Positions 16,870 to 20,517 of a stretch of DNA of 20,517 nucleotides are shown here, piece by piece. The position numbers and the translations under genes are program-made. Within the stretch, counting starts at the first letter, position 1; each line of letters opens with the position of its first letter. The DNA comes from an uncultured virus (IMG/VR IMGVR_UViG_3300029309_000011) (Duplodnaviria > Heunggongvirae > Uroviricota > Caudoviricetes): IMG/VR virus record IMGVR_UViG_3300029309_000011, positions 62,001 to 82,517 of that record, one strand, 5' to 3'. The notes under the pieces were generated by a model. The model saw only the letters and a program-made list of their open reading frames with translations. It was not told the origin of the DNA and did not search any database.

Positions 16870-17078
16870 TGGATTCCAAAACAAGAGAAAAGATTTTACA
16901 CAGATGTGAGATCCTTCAATACATGGGGGATGACGGTATCTCCTCCATTTATGATCAACTACCTGATGATGAGCTGATGGAGGATTGTGGATGGGTCTTA
17001 AATAAGGAACATGATGATCTAGATGAGTACAGTTTGGTGTTACAAGAGAAGCTGGTGTCTAAAGATATGTGGAGCTAA
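16869..17078 (+). CDS. Small acidic hypothetical protein
   Basis: GGAG SD, TAATG coupling; D/E-rich. Confidence 0.75.
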   Translation: MDSKTREKILHRCEILQYMGDDGISSIYDQLPDDELMEDCGWVLNKEHDDLDEYSLVLQEKLVSKDMWS

Positions 17079-17080
17079 CT

Positions 17081-17257
17081 ATGAACAAAATGAAACAAGA
17101 CAAAAACTTTGAGCCATTAAATGCAACAGAAATGAATTGGCTTGCTCAACATAGATTTGATCTTTACTACAGCCTTAACGTAGAAGAGATGTATCCCAAG
17201 GATCAGGAGATCTTTAGATCAATTAGTGAAAAATTACAAAAATCAGATAAAGAATGA
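17081..17257 (+). CDS. Small hypothetical protein
   Basis: Start moved to ATG 17081, with GGAG SD. Confidence 0.7.
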   Translation: MNKMKQDKNFEPLNATEMNWLAQHRFDLYYSLNVEEMYPKDQEIFRSISEKLQKSDKE

Positions 17258-17380
17258 AAATTTCTAATCACACAAGAGCCTGTAACAGCTTTGAAAAAAG
17301 TCTCAGGTATGTTTATACCCCTCAGCCTGGGTATCAATTGATACATCAACCTTTTGCCCTCCACCACTCTAATTAATTAA

Positions 17381-17641
17381 ATGGAACAACCTAATATCAA
17401 GTTTTTAGAAGCACTAGTATCAGAAGCTTTCAAATCTTTTCGGAGAGGAGACAATGAAACTGGGAAACAATTACTTAATTCTTTTTTCGATAAAATGCAT
17501 CCTGATTTAATTAAAGATGCAATGAGTGATCCAAGATTAATTCTGGAGCTGCAACTCGCTTCGCAATCAGAAGACAAAGTTGATGCCTTCTCTGCAAAAG
17601 CTATGCTTAATTATTTAAAAGATAAGGGTATAGAGATGTAG
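17381..17641 (+). CDS. Hypothetical protein
   Basis: 86-aa co-oriented ORF. Confidence 0.7.
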   Translation: MEQPNIKFLEALVSEAFKSFRRGDNETGKQLLNSFFDKMHPDLIKDAMSDPRLILELQLASQSEDKVDAFSAKAMLNYLKDKGIEM

Positions 17642-17667
17642 ACAAGTACCACACTACGAGGTACACT
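17639..17667 (+). promoter_or_regulatory. sigma70-type promoter containing palindromic operator (copy 2)
   Basis: TAGACA -17- TACACT; GTACCAC-N5-GAGGTAC at 17646-17664; 22/25 nt identical to copy 1. Confidence 0.75.
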
Positions 17668-17729
17668 TCGATAACAGTGACCTGAGAAGTCCTTAAACTC
17701 ATCAATTGCACACTTTATTCATTACTAAA

Positions 17730-18188
17730 ATGACCATCAGCAATCAAACAAACACTGACAACGACACAGTAAACCAACTCTTTGATAAACCTCAAAGAAG
17801 AAACGTAGCTAGTTCTAAAAAATCAGTTATTCATGATCCATTAGTCTCAATTAATGAAAGATTAGAAAAGTTAACCGAGCTCACTGCATTGGTTAAAGAT
17901 ACTAAAAATGAAATTGATGCTATCAAAAATACTTTTGAATCAGATTTAAAATCTTTCTTAGATAATGATGACGATAAAGTCAGACCTATGATCACTCATA
18001 CCACTGATAAGAATAAGAAAGTCTATCTTCAAATAAGAAAGACATACAAATACTCTGACAAACTAGTAGAGAAAAGAACAAGAATCGAAAATCTTAAAGC
18101 TGATTTAAAAGCGGCAGAAGAGAAAGCTGTTAGAGAAAACAAAGCTGTCCTAGTTAAAGAAGATTTTACAGTAGTTTTTAAAAGTTAA
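17730..18188 (+). CDS. Coiled-coil hypothetical protein
   Basis: Start moved to ATG 17730 (MTISNQ), after a CACTTTATT leader; two coiled-coil stretches. Confidence 0.75.
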   Translation: MTISNQTNTDNDTVNQLFDKPQRRNVASSKKSVIHDPLVSINERLEKLTELTALVKDTKNEIDAIKNTFESDLKSFLDNDDDKVRPMITHTTDKNKKVYLQIRKTYKYSDKLVEKRTRIENLKADLKAAEEKAVRENKAVLVKEDFTVVFKS

Positions 18189-18190
18189 TT

Positions 18191-18529
18191 ATGTTATTTA
18201 GAATTTCTACACCTCCTACCAAATTTGGAGCTACTGCTATCACAGAGGGCATTAGAGAAGTTCCCCAAGAGATTTGGGAGCGTTGCCTAGAACGTCATAT
18301 GAATGGCGATTGGGGCGATTTAGATGAAGACAGTAGGGCAACTAATGATAGAGCCTTTAAAGAAGGTAAATCACATTGGATGTATTCCGTTTACAAGAAT
18401 GTCTATAAAGGTAAAGACATTTGTATCGAAACACAAGGTTACGGATTAACTAAGAAACAAATGGATCTTTTCAACTACAGAGTAGATGATTACAACTACA
18501 CAGTAGTCATGTTTCCATCAGAACGCTAG
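18191..18529 (+). CDS. RHxxGDWG-family plasmid/phage-associated protein of unknown function
   Basis: CLERHMNGDWGDLDEDSRATNDRAF...SVY...ICIET...TVVMFPSE matches a small family common on mobile elements. Confidence 0.75.
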   Translation: MLFRISTPPTKFGATAITEGIREVPQEIWERCLERHMNGDWGDLDEDSRATNDRAFKEGKSHWMYSVYKNVYKGKDICIETQGYGLTKKQMDLFNYRVDDYNYTVVMFPSER

Positions 18530-18538
18530 TCATTCCAG

Positions 18539-18570
18539 GGGGTTTGGAGTTTTCCAAATCCCTTTCTATT
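18539..18570 (+). terminator. Probable intrinsic terminator
   Basis: ggggtttgga-gttt-tccaaatccc stem (one G.U) followed by tttctatt. Confidence 0.65.
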
Positions 18571-18595
18571 ATTCACTTTATTTTTACAAAACACA

Positions 18596-19228
18596 ATGGA
18601 CATTAAAGAAACAATTTTTTCCTTAAGATATAGAAAAGGAGATTCAATTGAATTAGTTTCAGAAAGAACTGGTGTATCAATTGAAAAGGTCAAACAGATT
18701 CTTAAAGATCAAAACAACATCATAAGAGAGACAGAAGATGAACTTACAGTTGATGAAGTCTCAGAATTAACTGGGTTTTCTCCAATGTGGATTAAAAGAA
18801 ATATTCGAAAATATAATCACTTTATTTCGCCAGTAAGAACTTATCTTTTTAAAACATCAGAAAACCCAATAGGTTTCGCTGTTCATGTATTTAATAAAGA
18901 TGAAGTTTATAAATATTGCGAAGTTAAATTAAAAATGCTTTTAAAATCAGCGGATAATTATTTACAAACGGAATTAAATCCTACTTATTATGATGGGTAT
19001 CCATATGGATATAAGAGATCATTTAACACACCTAAAATTCAACAAGTGTATACACGTTTTAAGACTCTATCTTCTAAGCCTTTTAGTTCTAATCATTGGG
19101 TAGGAAAATTAAATTATAACAACAGACTTAGTCATAAAAAGGTTATGGCTGAGTACAGAATGCCTACAAGTATAACTAAGGAGTTTAAATTAAATGAGTA
19201 CAAACATTATGAAAAGGAGATAAACTAA
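18596..19228 (+). CDS. Putative DNA-binding protein with two helix-turn-helix-like motifs
   Basis: SIELVSERTGVSIEKVKQIL and LTVDEVSELTGFSPMWIKRNI. Confidence 0.7.
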   Translation: MDIKETIFSLRYRKGDSIELVSERTGVSIEKVKQILKDQNNIIRETEDELTVDEVSELTGFSPMWIKRNIRKYNHFISPVRTYLFKTSENPIGFAVHVFNKDEVYKYCEVKLKMLLKSADNYLQTELNPTYYDGYPYGYKRSFNTPKIQQVYTRFKTLSSKPFSSNHWVGKLNYNNRLSHKKVMAEYRMPTSITKEFKLNEYKHYEKEIN

Positions 19229-19557
19229 TGACTCAATTAACAAATGATCTTATCAACTTAAATACAAAACAAATTCATTACTTGATAGATTTACTTCAAC
19301 AAAAGATTGAATGGGAAAAAACTAATTTTGAATGTGGTTTAGGTAAATATATGAGAGAACCTGAAAATAAACCAACAGTAAAACAGTTTCAAGATCATAA
19401 TGCAATCTCTATGTGGCAGCACTCATTAATGAAACAACTATATGTTATTTCTCAATATACTATCTTAGAAACTGCAAAACTATATCCAGAACAATTTGGT
19501 AAAGAAGATAGTGAAGCAATATCTGTAAGTATTAATCAATCTTCAATCAACAATTAA
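19228..19557 (+). CDS. Hypothetical protein
   Basis: AAGGAG SD, TAATG coupling. Confidence 0.8.
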   Translation: MTQLTNDLINLNTKQIHYLIDLLQQKIEWEKTNFECGLGKYMREPENKPTVKQFQDHNAISMWQHSLMKQLYVISQYTILETAKLYPEQFGKEDSEAISVSINQSSINN

Positions 19558-19569
19558 AGGAGAAAAGAA

Positions 19570-19734
19570 ATGGCTGCTACTTATTTAAATCAAGATGAAC
19601 GTGATCTTCTATATGATTTAACAAAAGAACATCTTGAGAAGATAGAAGAAGGAGATTGGGATACAGTTAAAGAAGATGTATCAAAAATCTATTTAATTTT
19701 ATACAAACTCACTAAAAAGGAGGACAATTCGTAA
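19570..19734 (+). CDS. Small hypothetical protein (54 aa; not in ORF track)
   Basis: AAGGAG SD; MAATYLNQDERDLLYDLTKEHLEK...KKEDNS*. Confidence 0.75.
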   Translation: MAATYLNQDERDLLYDLTKEHLEKIEEGDWDTVKEDVSKIYLILYKLTKKEDNS

Positions 19735-19856
19735 TGCATTTACTAATAGGCATAGCTTGCGGAGCTTCAATTTTTTATTACTTTTATTTGATGGCAAATT
19801 TTTTAGATTTAAAATCAATTAAAAAACGTAAAAGAAAACTAAGGAGGAAGAGATAA
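19734..19856 (+). CDS. Small single-pass membrane protein with polybasic tail (40 aa; not in ORF track)
   Basis: AAGGAGG SD; MHLLIGIACGASIFYYFYLMANFLDLKSIKKRKRKLRRKR*; TAATG coupling at both ends. Confidence 0.7.
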   Translation: MHLLIGIACGASIFYYFYLMANFLDLKSIKKRKRKLRRKR

Positions 19857-20278
19857 TGACAGAACAACTTGAATTAGTTTTCCGTAAATATGATTTAGAA
19901 CTAACACCTGATGAACAGGTAACTATATGGGATGAAGTAGCGTTCTACCATGAAATTAATCAAGAATATTTTGATCAAGATGAGGTGGAGGATCTTCTTG
20001 GTGAAGCAAAGAAAGAAGAAAGATTAATTTATGAAATTGAAGATCTTGTAGATTCAGTGATTACAAAAGAATCTAAAACCAGAACAATTACATTTTTCGA
20101 TGATCAATTATGGATTATCCATCGTGTTTTAAAGGAAAAAGAAGAATTATACTCAAGTACTTATCATAGACATCACAACGAAGATGATCTTAAAGTCATA
20201 AACAAAGAAGGAAACCTTATAGGAATATGGGGAGACATTTACAAAAAAATCAAAGAGGCACTCAATGAATCAATCTAA
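19856..20278 (+). CDS. Acidic hypothetical protein
   Basis: AAGGAGG SD; 140 aa. Confidence 0.8.
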   Translation: MTEQLELVFRKYDLELTPDEQVTIWDEVAFYHEINQEYFDQDEVEDLLGEAKKEERLIYEIEDLVDSVITKESKTRTITFFDDQLWIIHRVLKEKEELYSSTYHRHHNEDDLKVINKEGNLIGIWGDIYKKIKEALNESI

Positions 20279-20517
20279 ATACTTAGACATAGCTATAGAG
20301 CTCTATGACATCTATTCAGCAAATGATATACACCATAAGAAATGGTTATCAGCTAGAGATTTAGCCAAACTCAAGGGTGGCCCTGGATTGATCGCAAAGG
20401 TGAAGAGGAGCAATGGACTATTGTCTGAACTAAAACCTGTATTTGCTGATTATGTGAATACCAAGACTCAATATCAATCATGTAACACTCCGCAGCAATG
20501 GACTTGCAAATTTGATA
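20265..20517 (+). CDS. Hypothetical protein (3'-truncated; not in ORF track)
   Basis: GAGG SD, ATG 20265, MNQSKYLDIAIELYDIYS..., open to window end. Confidence 0.7.
   Translation, partial: MNQSKYLDIAIELYDIYSANDIHHKKWLSARDLAKLKGGPGLIAKVKRSNGLLSELKPVFADYVNTKTQYQSCNTPQQWTCKFD

Larger units (their letters stand above)
1..20517. mobile_element. Tailed dsDNA phage (Caudoviricetes) genome segment
   Basis: Large terminase and adjacent portal-like gene, Peptidase_S74-like motifs, GP88-like gene, orphan C5 methyltransferase, dense small ORFs; no housekeeping genes. Confidence 0.95.

Noticed and set aside
10971..17305. Loose shared motif (ccctagaacgcctt 10974, tctgagaggcttt 12466, cctgtaacagcttt 17279)
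   Set aside because: Too degenerate to support by eye.
13603..17577. Minus-strand ORFs 13603-13809, 14977-15318, 17377-17577
   Set aside because: Antisense to coupled, SD-supported plus-strand genes.

Overview
AT-rich segment of a tailed dsDNA bacteriophage (or prophage); there is no host gene in the window. A picocyanobacterial host is only a weak inference. There are two divergent arms. Minus strand (10921->1): a late/morphogenesis operon with a block of Gly/Ala/Gln-rich putative internal-virion/DNA-ejection proteins, putative small terminase, large terminase, an AbrB-like gene, portal, and an ORF missing from the track (putative scaffold) that starts 509 nt inside the portal gene in the +1 frame. 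Plus strand (11533->end): a tightly packed early region with a GP88-like protein, a C5-cytosine methyltransferase carrying a second nested +1-frame protein (M.EcoHK31I-like alpha/beta layout), an HTH protein and many small ORFs. A ~610-bp non-coding region rich in TTACA/TGTAA separates the arms. The most notable observations are a Peptidase_S74-like autocleavage domain split over two genes with Cys at the catalytic Ser position, the two long dual-coding overlaps, an 11-aa-repeat putative DNA-conduit protein, and two early promoters sharing a palindromic operator. All family assignments come from motif recognition by eye; no searches were run.
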